DNA of 64,000 nucleotides from Plasmodiophora brassicae (Eukaryota): NCBI GenBank assembly GCA_036867785.1, contig CP145428.1, positions 62,001 to 126,000 of the forward strand, read 5' to 3'. Shown piece by piece: positions 48,514 to 60,874 of this stretch (position 1 is its first letter; each line of letters starts with the position of its first letter). The notes under the pieces were generated by a model. It saw only the letters and a program-made list of their open reading frames with translations, ran no database searches and was not told where the DNA came from. The position numbers and the translations under genes were made by a program.

Positions 48514-49042
48514 CCATGGATCAGCGTCACGTACGTGGCTAAGCGCAAGACTCGTTGCGTCAGGCGTCTAATTCAAATTGAGGAACAACACCAGTGCCAT
48601 ATGGTCCGATGGGTCAGTTGAGTTGAGTTTGTTTGTCGCCCTTTTCACGCAGGCGCCTCGGCCTCGGGTCCCGAGGACCGGCGCAGGTTGATCAGCCAGC
48701 AGAACGCCAGCATCCCCCGGCCGGGCAGCACCGGGCCATCAGGGTTCGTCGCGCCTGGACGATATCCGAACGGGATGAGGTTCGCTCAGCTTAGTTTAGT
48801 TTAGTTCGGGGACGCTGTCGGTAACGGTGACGATGGATGAGTGCCTGTACACAACGTCACTGTATGGGCATGACGTGATCGCCATGTCAGACGGCTGTGA
48901 CGCCGGGTAAGGAAAGTGCCGACAATTGTACTGCAACAGCTGTTGGATACTGTACGTCATCCTGCGGAACAACGTTCCGACTAAGACGTCTCTGCCGGGC
49001 ATCGCCGCCTTTCAGAGTGCTTGCACACAGTTCGGGATGTCT

Positions 49043-49383
49043 CAGTCGACGCCGTCCTTGCTGGACCAGGTCCTGGTGTCCGATGTCATCACGTGCAGTA
49101 CCCTGGCGGACACGATGGAGAAGGTCGCCGCTCACGAATTTGCTGACCGGCCCGTTGGGGCTCCGCTGGCTGTGTCGGCCACTCATGATCTTCCAGTGCA
49201 GGAACTCCTCAAGACGTACCGTTCACGTTGGGGCGACAAACTCGATCACCTGAATCGCTGCAGGGGTGCGCATCAACGGCTGCTGACGCGTTTGTCCCGG
49301 GGTGACCCGTCATTGTGGCCTGGAAATACCAATGCCATACAACAACGACAAACAGCTGTAAGCTGTGCTTCCGGATCCCGCCT
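49043..49383 (+). repeat. Dispersed direct repeat, copy 2
   Basis: Homologous to 45413-45783 (LDQVLVSDVITCSTLADTMEKVAAHE). Confidence 0.88.
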
Positions 49384-49423
49384 GCATCGGTACTACTGTT
49401 CGTGATGTATTATCGTCGTCGGG

Positions 49424-52400
49424 CTAGCGGACCACAAGGATGTATCTGGCGAGGCACTGCACCCAGTTGTGTAGATCGTCCTCGGAGCTGGCTTGCAGGG
49501 TGTACGCGCCGGACGCCTTCGTCTGCAGAACCAGCGTGAACGCGTTCGCCGCGTCGATGTGGACGGCTGCGCTGACCAGGTCGATGGCGTCCGTTTCGCG
49601 CTGGCTGCTCGCGTCGCCATACACCTGCAGCAATGGGTACCGCAGCACATAGTACATTCGACGACGACGCCGGGTCACGTCGACCAGGTAACCGTTGCGC
49701 TCCGTCTGACTGTGCATCCTGGTTGTCAACGTCTTGGCACAGGGAACGGTGCACCCAGAATTGGTACCTGTTGATATCGCTGGTTTGCGTGATGGTCCCC
49801 TTTGACGTCGGCGTCGTTGCTGGCGTTCCGGGAGTCGCATCGCGAACGCAGCGGTACCGCGACAAGGCCTCGAGGACGACATCAGCGAGGGTGTAGGAAC
49901 GCGACGACCGCTGCCGGACCTGCATACGCTCGTGTTGGGCTCGCAACATCGTCCCGGTCAATGTGCCGCGCGTACCTTCTCGAGGTCCAACTTGACAGCG
50001 ATGCTCTTCGCCAGGGACGACATCTGCGCCCGCATCGAGGCGACCAGCGGCGTGATGGGCCCGGATGCCACCGTGCAGAACACGCCTGCGGCATCATGGT
50101 AAGCCTTCGCTGTGCTCATCATCCATTGTCGGACCTGCCGGGCGGTGCCCTCCTCGGGCGATGTTGTTCACCAGGGATCGCAGCAGGCCCATTCCTGCGT
50201 AGGCCTGTCGGGAACGTGCTCAGGGAACGCCGTTCAGAACACTGTTTGCACGCGTGTCAGGGTACCTTGCAAGTGACTGTCCGGCGTATGGCAACGGGCG
50301 CCGATTGCCACTGGACGAACAGGTTCAGCTCCAGGTCGAGGTCGAACGTCGTGCCGCGTTGCGTGTACGAGTGGTGGACGAGATCGGCCGGCCACGCGCA
50401 CCGGAACGACAGCACCCGGTCGTGCATGTGCACTGACGGTTCGCTGTTCAGCACGCCCAACGACCTGGGCCACGGCGGGACGTACCGTGTTCCTGGACAA
50501 TGTCGCATTCGAAGAGGGTCGGATCGCGCAGCGTCCCGCTGCGAATGGCGACGACCTGTCAAACCGAGCCGGTCAGGCGTGGATCATGGGACGTGCCCGG
50601 GCCCGGTGCGAACGTTGAGTTTGTGGCAGGACTCCAATGTGAACGTGGCCGTGTCCGCCTGCACGATCCGCACGTTGAATCGCTTCGCGCGGTGCAATCC
50701 GACCCGGTACACGACGTCGGCGCTGTCCTTCGTCGCCTTCATCGAGCACGGGCTGTACGTCCCCGTCGACGTCGACAGCTCCTGCCAATCCGTTACCTCG
50801 GCAGGTGACCCCAGCCCGGCCGTCGCGACGCCGTTACCATACCTGGATCTCAACGGTGACGTGCAGGCGCGTCTCACGCGTCGGCGACGAGTCCAGCGGC
50901 AGCGGCTGCATGACGACGCTGCTGCACTTCGCGTCGCGCGACGTCGTGCAACTCCACGCGCTGGCCTCGTCGTGAGTGGCGCCGTTGCCGATCCTCGCCG
51001 AGCGCAATCGCGGCGATGGGCCTGGCACGCTTTCGCCCGCGTTCAACAAAGGGCGGGTCGTCGCGGAAGATTGGTGCACAACGCCGCGTACCAGATGGAT
51101 CCGTCGGGGCCGATCGACGGCGTCTTCAGGACGGACACGCGCTTCAGGCTGCTGTGGCGATCGGCAACCGTCTGGAGGATATCGGCGCCGACGTCGTCGC
51201 CATCATCACCGGCGCCCATCACCGTGAACCGAATCGTAGGGCAGTGCCAGATGACGTCAAGGTCGGATTCGTTGACGTTCGGCAGGACCCAGTCGACGGG
51301 AACGGCCTGGTGGCCCGCCACGGTCGGCACATGGTACGCCATCAGGTCTGGGCCGACCGGCATCGCGAACGACACGTCCACTGGCATCGATGCACGACGG
51401 TTCTCGTCCAGCAGGCGGACCCCGTCCACCCGGATCGTCAACGTCCATGGGCGACCAACCGTGGGGCCCCGAACCTCCGACGTCCTGCTCCGGAACAAGT
51501 AAGTGCCCGGCCAGCGTTGCTGCTGGACCGCGTCTTACAGCGTGTACTGCAGGTGGGCGATCGGCGCGGCGCCGCTGTCCAGGACGGCGGCTCGACCGGA
51601 CCAAGGCCCGTTCCAGACGTTGCGTAGCGTGTGGATCTCGCCCGCGCCAATGCGAACCGCCCCGTGTGCCTGCGACATCAGGCGATCGATCGGGTCGACT
51701 AGCGCACGGGTTGACGATCGCTGCGGTCGTGGCCAGCACATCAGTCGGCGGCGCGCCGGCAGTCGCACAACGGGTGTACCTGGCGGGCGGTGCCGCGTTC
51801 CAGCACCTCGCAGTAGAGCTCGCGCAGGTGCAGGAACAGCAGGTTGAATTGCGACTTGGACAGCGAGAACGTTCGGCTGCGATGCCGCATGCGGACGATG
51901 GGCACGACCTGCGGTAATCAGCACGCGTTCCCAGCCACGAACGGATGGTCGGCGTCTACCGTGATCCCGACAGCCTGCCACGTGCAGCCGACGTCGAACA
52001 GGACCTCGTGCGACAGCGCGTGCGCCATGGCGTTGGCCTGGTCGACGCTGGCCAGCAGTTCGCCCAGGGTCGTCGACGACTCGCGGCGCCGTCGCATGAT
52101 GGCGCGCCGCAGGACGCGGCCCACCCATTCGTCGACGTCGGCCCTGGCGGCGGCGCACGTCGTCGTCGGCGACTGCACGCTCTGCGACATGGCGTCGATC
52201 GTCCTCGACAGGTCCATGCGCATCGCCTTTTCGAGCTGCAGCTCCTGGTGCACGGCGCGCAGTTCCCGCTGCTGGCTGGCCGACAGCGACTTGGTCGACT
52301 CCAGCGAACGTTCGTGCACGGAGTTCTGCTCGCGCTGTTTGCAGTTCCCGCGTCAGTCCGTGACAGGGCGCCCGGGTCCGGCGTATCAATACACTACGCA

Positions 52401-54749
52401 CCGCGAACTGCAGCTGCCGGGACAGCTCCAGCTTGGCCAGGCGCTCCGTCTCGAGCTGCGCCACGGCCGTGCTGTATTCGGCGCCGGTGGACTGCACGCG
52501 CTCCTGCAGCAGTCGGACCTGCTGCCGCTCCCGCTCCAGGTCCTCGATGACGCTCGACAACCTGTCCCGAGCAGGCGCGCACATCGGCAAACACGCGCGC
52601 GCCCGCAGGCGACACGCACCGACCTGGCGTTCAGCTCGGCCTGCGCGAACTCGTAGTCGATCTTCGCCTGCGAGCGCTGCATCGACTTGCGCTCGATGCT
52701 CTGGATCGACGCGCTGAACCGAAACGACAGGCGCCGGCCGAGGATGACGCGGTCGCCGTGCGCCAGCGCGACGGCGCGCTCGACGGTCTGCCCGTTGACG
52801 TGGACGCCGCGCGCCCCGTCCCACGGCTTCACCTGGACGGCCCCGTTGATGTTCGTGAAGACGCACAGCAGGTCGGGGACGTGCTCGTCGTGCAGGACGA
52901 TGCAGGGCGCGGCGAGGTCCCGCGACCGTCCGACCCGCGTCTCGCCCTGCCTCAGGTAGTAGACGAGGCACTCGCTGACGGCCGGGTCCTCGGCCAGGTT
53001 GCACAGGAACGGCAGCGCCGGGTCCATCTTCACGGCGATGCCCTCGCTGATCAGCGCCTGCTCGCGTCGCTGCCGGATCGACTCCGCTTTGGCGAGCTTC
53101 TCCCCCCACGACATGTTGACCGTGTCGATCAGCTTCTGGCTCTGCTCCAGCTCCGTCGTCAGCGTCGCAATCTCCTGGGCGCTCCAGCGCTCCGCGTGGT
53201 TCAACCGCTCCGTCAGGTCTGCCGGGCGCACACGGCGCCGTCTGAGCGACCCACCAACCCTACGGGCGGCACAACGTACCCGCAATCTCCTGCTTCAGGC
53301 ACTCGACGACCTTCACGTCCGAATCCTCGTTGCACACCGCCGTCGTCACAATCTTCTTCGCCTGCGCGACCAAGCATGTCATGAGGTTACTGAACGCGCG
53401 CCGGAAGCATCTCCCACGTAGCCAGCGTACCCGGGCAGCGTATCGCAGGGCGCCCAGCGTCTCCTCGTAGTCGGACGGCCGGGCGCTGATCGTGCAGAGC
53501 AGCGCCGTGCGCGCGTTCCCGCTCAGGCCAAAGCTGCCCTTGAGCAGCCAGGTCAGCGTCGAGTCCCTGAACGGGATGTGTGGGTGGGCGGCACGCGGCG
53601 ACGACGCCGACGGGCGCCGGGGCGCCGAGCTCGCGTCGGCCAGCGCCGAGATGACGCGCCCCAACGTCACCAGCGACTTGTTGATCTCTGCGGGACGGTC
53701 AGCGGGTGGGTGCCGACCGACGAATCTAGTGACCCGGACCTGATGCCTCTTTGAGGTGCGCCCCCTTGGCCTTCGTCTTCACCTGCCGCTCGCTGCCCGC
53801 CAGATCCACCAGGTGCATCCGCGCGACCTTCTCGCTGGTGGCCCCCGACGTCCGGTCGCTCAGCGCCTGCTTCAGCGTCATCGTGACTGTCGGGAGGGTC
53901 CGGGCGTCAGGGACAGGCGCGGGCGATGCCAGTACGGCACGTACAGATGGCGTGCGACCGCGACGACTCTGCGTTCATCCTTGTGGCCGCCACCGTCCTC
54001 GCCGAGTTGCCCTGCGTGATCAGCCGCTGCACGTCGTCGAACGACTGCACCTGTGTGGGGGGGATCAAGGCCACGTCGTCGTGTCAGGTGGCGTCGAGTC
54101 CGCCCGGCAAGCGTCGCGTACAGGGATGACGCTCAGGTCCTCGACGTACGGCCCATGGACGGGGTGCTCCCTGACCGTCAGGCCGGCGCCCTCGGCCCGG
54201 GCCGGCGCCAGCAGGTCGCGCACGCGCTCGTTGTAGATCTCCAGGTAGCTGGCCTCGCAGTGGAACGTTCGGCGCCGGTCGTCGCCGCCGACCTGGTCGA
54301 TCCGGTCGAACAGGGCGGAGGCGATGTTCGGGATCAGGCCCGGGCTGTCCGGCGTCCCCATCATGCAGTAGGACTTGCCCGACCCCGTCTGCCCAGCCAG
54401 CGGGTTGGTCGTTAGACGGCGCGTCCATACATGGGTTGAACGCGGCGCCCACCTGTCCGTAGGCCAGGACGGTGCTGTTGAACCCGTCAAAGGCGTTCCT
54501 GAGGACGGATTCGCCCAGGTCGGCGAAGATGTCGGCCTGGGTGGCGTCCAGGTAGCACCGGTCGAACGCGAACGAGTGCGATCGGGCGCCGCCGCCGCCG
54601 CCGCCCAGGTTGCTGCGGGGCGTCGCCAGCGACAGGTCGTTGCCGGTGACGCTGACGATCGCGTCGTCGCTGCATGGGCGCACGCGCACGGCGACGAGCA
54701 CGTTGTCCTGGATACGGCGGCGGGATCCTTCGACGGCGTCGCTCGCCAT
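49424..54749 (-). CDS. Kinesin-3 (KIF1/Unc-104/KIF13-like): motor, FHA and C-terminal PH domain, multi-exon
   Basis: VAVRVRP, AYGQTGSGKSY, SYLEIYNERVRDLL, VREHP..GPYVEDL, SSRSHA, LVDLAGSE, HIPFRDSTLTWLLK. FHA region LVYYLRQGETRVG..VHVNG..HGDRVILG. PH region NGYLV..YYVLR..YTLQASSEDDLHNWVQCL. The middle exons are not resolved. Confidence 0.87.
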
Positions 54750-54874
54750 CGCAACAACGGCAGAGGGTCCCGCGTCTGGGACGAACCTGCCAGGCAACGG
54801 GGACCGAGCCAGTGTGTGACAGGCCCTGGTATAGCGGATGATGGGCCGCCCGCGGGTGCCATCTCCTGTTTATC

Positions 54875-57001
54875 TTACGGTTCCGGCTGCTGGTCGGTGC
54901 TGCTGGCGGTCGGCTCGCGCTGCCCGGATACGTTGTAGGCGCTGCCGCGTTTCCGGTTGCTGGGCGTTGTCGCGCGGCCGGCGCCGGCGTCGGTGGAGTC
55001 GGAGTCGGCGCCGGCGCCGCCGGGGGCGACCTTGCGCGCGCCGCGCCTCGCCATCCGCCGCTGGTGAATGCGGGCCTGCTCGAGGACCCAGAACCGGGCG
55101 AACGGCCCGTTCTGCAGCATGGCGAAGATCTCCTCCATGGCCATGGCGATCGTGTCGAACTCGGGGTCGCCCAGGCGCTCCTGGATGACGTCGTGCAGCT
55201 TGGCGTTGATGTTGATCTGCCGCGTGCCGCCCTTGCGGATGAACTCGCGGAACAGGGCCGCCTTGCGCGCCAGCAGGTCGGGCGTGCGGGCGGGCAGGTC
55301 GTCGGGGGCGACGCTGCGCGCGTACGCTAGGTCGCGCTGCGCCTCGATCAGGAACGCGACCTGCTCGTCGCAGTACTCCTTGCGGCAGTGCTGGACGAAC
55401 CGGGACAGCAGCGCCGCCTGCTTCGGGTCCGTCACCATCATGCGCACGCCCTGGTTGGCCAGCATGGCGTGGTCGACGTTCAGCATGCGCGCCTGCTCGA
55501 CGTCCAGCTCGCCGAACGTCTCGACGCCCTTGGCGACGCTCTCGTTCAGGCCCAGGTACCGGTCGATCAGGCGGAACGTCGCGAACGACAGCGCCCCGGC
55601 CCACGCCGTCTCGAACAGGATCGCCACGACCTGCGACAGCAGCAGGCGCCCATCGCCGTAGATCACGCCGGTCCCTGTCGACGACGACGACGACGACGAC
55701 GTCAGCGGGCGGTGGATACAGATGGCGGCCCGCCCATAGATACGGACCGTAGCGATGGGCAAAGATGCCAGCGGCGAGCAGGCCCCAGAGCCCGCCGCCG
55801 AGATGCACGGGAACGATGCCGATCGGGTCGTCGACCTTGAACCGCAGCAGGGCGCTGTCGAGGGCGTCGGCGACGACGCCGGCGCCCGCCCCGATCAAGC
55901 AGGACGCCCAGGGTTCCACCGAGTGGCAGCTGCTGGCGATGGCCACCAGGGCGGCCAGGCAGCTCCTCATGCACTTCATGATGTCCATCTGGCCGGAGCG
56001 CACCTGGTCGATGCAGACCGAGGCGAGCACCGCCCCTGGAACGCGCGTCGCACACGTCAGGCTGCGAGGTGACGACGTCTACAACGAGCGCGAGCTCACC
56101 TGCCGATGCCCCGCTGGTCGTCAGGGCGATCCGCCCGGCCTGGTCCTCCTGCGTCGGCGTCGAGATCCCGTTCGTGGACCCGCAGTTGAACGCGAAGAAC
56201 CCGATCCACAGCAGGATGCACCCTGTTTGTCATCGGTCAGTTCGGATGACGCGCGCGCGCGACAGGCCGCCCGGGTCGCGAACCGATGCCCGCGTTGGCG
56301 TAACTGGTCGTCGTCGTCCTCTTGGCGTGGCCGTTCTCGTCGAGGAACCCGTCGCGCGGGCCGCATATCAGGCAGGAGGTCAGGGCGGCGACGCCGGCGC
56401 ACAGGTGAACGACGCCGGCGCCGGCAAAGTCCATGGCGCCGACCGGCAGCGCTGGCGACGGGTTCGACGCCGACAGGAACCCCTCGGCGGACCAGACGGC
56501 GCTGTCAGCACAAACACGGGCGCGCGCGGTGAGTCCCCAGGAACGAACATTCGCCGAGCGGCGTGCCTGTACTGACTGGGCGACAGGTGGGTAGATGATG
56601 GTGCCGAAGACGGCGGCGTAGATCAGGTACGGCTTGCAGAAGATCCGCTCACAGCAGCCGGCGGCGACGATCGTCATGGCGGTGACGGCCAGCGCCATGT
56701 GGAAGAAGGCGTGTCCGTACATGGAACTGGGGACGCCGTCCAGGCCAAAGTACCGCAGGCCGACGAACGTGGTCGCCCCGGTCGACGACCCGCTTCCGAA
56801 CGCGAACGCGTACCCGGCGATGCCGAACGTGATGACCATGACGGCCATGCAGGTCATGTTCTTCAGGATGGTGATGCCGACGAACTTGGTCCGCGTCAGG
56901 CCGACCTGCAGGAACGTCGACCCGGCCTGCATCGTCAGGACCATGACGGCGTTCTGCAGCACCCACGACGTGTCCAGGGACGAGGCGACCTGGTCCGTCA
57001 T
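54875..57001 (-). CDS. Ammonium transporter (Amt/Mep) fused to a C-terminal RGS domain, about 5 exons
   Basis: Amt motifs: DTSWVL..VLTMQAG, GYAFAFG, IVAAGCCER, IYPPVAHAVWS, DFAGAGVVH, CGPR, LLWIGFFAFNCGS, KVDDPIGIVPVHLGGGLWG. RGS motifs (~55450-55085): FVQHCRKEYCDEQVAF, FREFIRKGGTRQININ, AMEEIFAMLQNGPFARF. Confidence 0.88.
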
Positions 57002-57462
57002 CGTCGTAGTCGTCGCGGATGTCCCGTCCCGATGATTAACGGACGAGATCGCGAGGTAGACGGGATGAGGTCACCCTGGTGCCGCGCGTACCTATCTGAC
57101 GGGGCATCCCGTCATAGGCGACACCTCAACAAGGACCCTCAGCAGCGGGCCCGCCCCAAGACAGCCCGGGCCACGCGCGACACTGACGCATTCGTCGTTT
57201 GCGCACGATCGCCGTTGACGCTGTGTCGCCTCGGCGCGGACACGCACGTCACGCGCGCCTCCAGGCACAGGTTGCTGAGTGGCAATGTGGGCATCGGGGG
57301 CGATCCTCAGGAGCGCGTAACACGACGTGCATCGGTATACATTGGCCTGTGCGCTGACTGTATTGCGTTCCGGGATCAGGGTGCCAATTTGCGCGCGGCA
57401 CAAGACGACCAACCCGTGTCCGGGCGACGATCGGATACGCACAGCACTTGAGGAACGGCGCA

Positions 57463-57878
57463 ATGGACTGTCCCAGGGACACACCTGCCAAGGCCACTTT
57501 GGTGACGGAGATTGACTGGCGGCGAGCACACGCGCCACTGACAACGACAATGCGGTGATGGTCGTCTGCCAAGGCACGGCGACTTGCGGTCTGTTCGTGC
57601 ACCAGGCATGGCGTGAGCGAGGCCGGCTTCAGCACCAGCATGCTGAAACGGAGGGGCGAGTACGCGGCAGACGGGGTGACAGAAATTTCAGTCGCCCAAA
57701 CCGGGTACAGGTTGTTCAACGTCAGCGTCGGCGAAGACGATCCCCTCGTCACTGGCGTCACACCCATTCAGGCGCCAGTTCCTTCGGCGCTGCATTAATC
57801 GGTACGTCTGGCGTTCTCGTCGCCTTCATCGTCGTCATGGCCTTCATTGTGTATGGTGGTGGCCACGGATCGGTGTAG
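57463..57878 (+). CDS. Possible small tail-anchored membrane protein (3 exons)
   Basis: Plausible GT-AG splicing yields a short protein ending ALIGTSGVLVAFIVVMAFIVYGGGHGSV*. No family is recognised. Confidence 0.3.
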
Positions 57879-57886
57879 GCAAGGAT

Positions 57887-58150
57887 GCATTACGACCCCG
57901 CTACGTCCGCGTAGACGTCTCCGACCGTACTTGGAGATGCTCTAAGGTCGCTTGGTCCACGTCGCTATTTGACGTGTGCAAAGGTGCATTGCGATCCAAC
58001 GTACACATATTAGTCCTTTGCGACCGTACCCGATATTAAGGTCGCTTGGCCCACATGGCTATGTGCAAGGTGGTGCATTACGACCCCGCGACGTCCGCGT
58101 CGACCTCTTCGACCCTACCCGATATTTAGGTCGCTTCGTCCGCATTGCTA
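57887..58150. repeat. Degenerate tandem repeat, about 3 copies of 90-100 bp
   Basis: The unit GCATT(A/G)CGA...CGACC(G/C)TAC...AGGTCGCTT...GCTA recurs at about 57887, 57986 and 58075. Confidence 0.75.
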
Positions 58151-58164
58151 ATCGGCTGCCGTCA

Positions 58165-60874
58165 ATGATGACCGTGAAAGTGTTGAGCGTGGCCGTTGCT
58201 GTCGTCGTGGTTGGAAGTGCGGTCGCTGCACCGACGCTCTTCGACGTCATCCGAGGTCAAGGCGGGCCACTGGTCCCAGCCCCCGGACCATATCGCGATC
58301 GTCCAGACGAATCGTCCACTGATCCAATCCCTGCTGGGGTGAATCGTCGCCTGCTCCAGAACACACCGCAGCCGGTCGGCACTCATCATATGCATACGAC
58401 GCGACCCTACGACTAATCGGACACCTGCTACAGAGCCCCTGCGCTTCAGCCACCTCGTCGGCGCTCCAATTAGTGTCTTCGGCATCTTGCAGCCCAACGT
58501 CGTCAACGCTCTGCACCACCTGTTTAGACAGCGTCCTGCAGCAGCAGGCCAACGTGGCGACCGCTTGCATCAGTTACACTGGACCTTCAAGTCTGATCAC
58601 AATCGAGCAGAAGCTGAGCGCGATCGTTGAATCGTGCTCAACCTGCGGCAAGGCGGTGCAGGCTGCGTCGAACCAGATGACGTCTTGTGGACCGAGACAG
58701 TCCCGTTCCGACGCTTGCTCACCTGCCTGTGTTGGCAACGCTACAAACGCCATCGCCTCTATTCACACTGCCTGCAGCGGCATTGCAGATACCCGCGCCG
58801 TATCGACCCTGAAGCAGGCTCAACTGATATCGGTAATGGGTAGAGACCTGGCGCCTCATACCGACCACCTGACCGGTTAGCAATGCATCAGGACCGGTGC
58901 ACGACCTGTGGAGCGGCTGTCGATGCGGCGATAACGTCGCCTGCCTGCTCTGCTGCTTTCACTCATTACAATGCGACGGTCCGCTGCGGATCATGCCTAG
59001 CGGCTAGCGGCACTCTTCAGGCCAGCATCGACTCGGCCTGTGCCGCACAGGTCAACAACGCGTACCGGAACAGCGTCTATCTGCCAAATGCACAGGTCCG
59101 TCCGACGGCACCACTATATGGTTCGGAAGGGTCAATTGCTAACGTCAGTGCAGTCATGCGCGTCTGAAACCGGGCCGCAGCAAGCCTGTTCCAATGCCCA
59201 GTCTGGGTATTCATTATGGGGTTTCCCGGCGTGTTCGTCCCGAGACCAGGCGACGTTCTGTTCGGGATCAGGCAGCTGTCAGTTGCTCGCGCTAGCCGCA
59301 ATCGATCACATTCAACAAGCTTGTGCCGGCCAGCCATCATTTTGGGCAGAGCAGGAGGTAACGGGAATGACGAGCCAGTACATGTACATGGCGCAGAGTA
59401 CGGGCATCACGTGCTCGACATGCCAAACGGCTTTGGCGGCGGTCCAGAAAAGTGTCTTCAACTGCAGCCTGCAGGTGTCGGATTCGTCTTTCTGCGGAAC
59501 AACGTGCGCGACCACCTTTCTGTCGCGCATCGCCAACCTCCAGAGCGCTTGCTCCCCAAACGACCTATTGACGGCCTTTACAGTCCAGTCATATTTCGGC
59601 ATGGCTCAGACACTGCTGGTACGAAGTGCTTAAAATTGTGAACTCAGGGGTCTCTGTCTGATGGACCTGTGCTCAGAGGACCTGCCGGACCTGTGCTGGC
59701 AATGTCATCGAACTGAGAAACTATGGAACGTTGCTTGATAGTTTGCCATTGCCAATGAGTATTCCCGCTGCAACTGTCCAGTCGATATGCAGCGATTCGT
59801 GCTCCACCGCGGCACTCTATGAAGACGCTATCAACGAAGGCGTGTACAGCATTCTTCATTCGTACAATGATCAGGTGTTTCCAATGGGCTATAACCCATT
59901 CAGGACGTGCGACAAGAACGAGGCCGCTCCACACGACTGGTAATCATACGTGATTGTGGTCTTCTTTGTCGAGCGGTCCTAATGGTCACGCCCCGCACTG
60001 CCAGGTGTATCACCGGCTACCAGAACGAGTACATCAGCCAGCAGACCATTCAGTCCGACAGCCCCAGCAGCCCAAACTTCAGTTATTATTGTTCCAGCTG
60101 TGGACCGCCAATTTTCGATGGCTACTGCCAGGTAAGAGGTGTCGTCTCAACTTGGCTTCGTTCAGGTTTCTTACGCGAAAGCGTTGTGGGCGTCCCTAGA
60201 TCTCCAACGGCAAGTACTGCGTCGATATTCTCGCTACCGGGCTTTCCGCATGTCAGAGGTTGGACCCCAACGTTCCCGGGTCATGCACGCCGGCCTGTGC
60301 CAGCCAGTTATCATCGTCATGTTGTTTGGGGTCGTTGGTTCGCGACCCCATGTCGCCACTCGCATCCGAGGCAGCAATGCTGGAGTCAATGTGCGGGATT
60401 AAGATCCCGGATCCATGTTCTCCGTTCCCACCGCCTGCCACCATCGAGTTCACGTTGACGCTGTCGAACGTGATCCCGCCGGCATCCACCGAAGCTCAGA
60501 CACGTACGTGCTCCAGTGTGCAAAACTATGCAGCCGTATGGTTCCATACGATTCCAAAGAACGTCACGTGCGCGTGGACGTCCGGGACATCGTTCTCCGT
60601 GTCCGCCTACATCGCATCGCAGCGCTACGCGAATGATCTGCCGCACATCGAGGCGATGAGTGCCGCTGGGATGTTGACGCTGCAGACGAGCGGATGGGAT
60701 CAACAGGACTTCTCCATCGGACAGAAAGCGGTGGTGTCGAATGCTAAAAGCAAAGGTGGCCAGCAGCAGCAACAGCCGCAGCCCGTGACCGCTGGTGCTG
60801 GAATGATCAGGCCCCCGGCCAACTTCATCGTCTGCGTTCTGGTCATCATCATCATCGGAGCGATGCCCACATGA
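58165..60874 (+). CDS. Secreted cysteine-rich, probably GPI-anchored surface protein, multi-exon
   Basis: Leader MMTVKVLSVAVAVVVVGSAVA; repeated CxxC...C...CxxxC...AC helical modules; hydrophobic C-terminal tail NFIVCVLVIIIIGAMPT* preceded by small residues (TAGAG). Confidence 0.72.

Noticed and set aside
49802-51502. 566-aa plus-strand ORF
   Set aside because: Antisense to the kinesin-3 tail exons, Arg-rich and motif-free.
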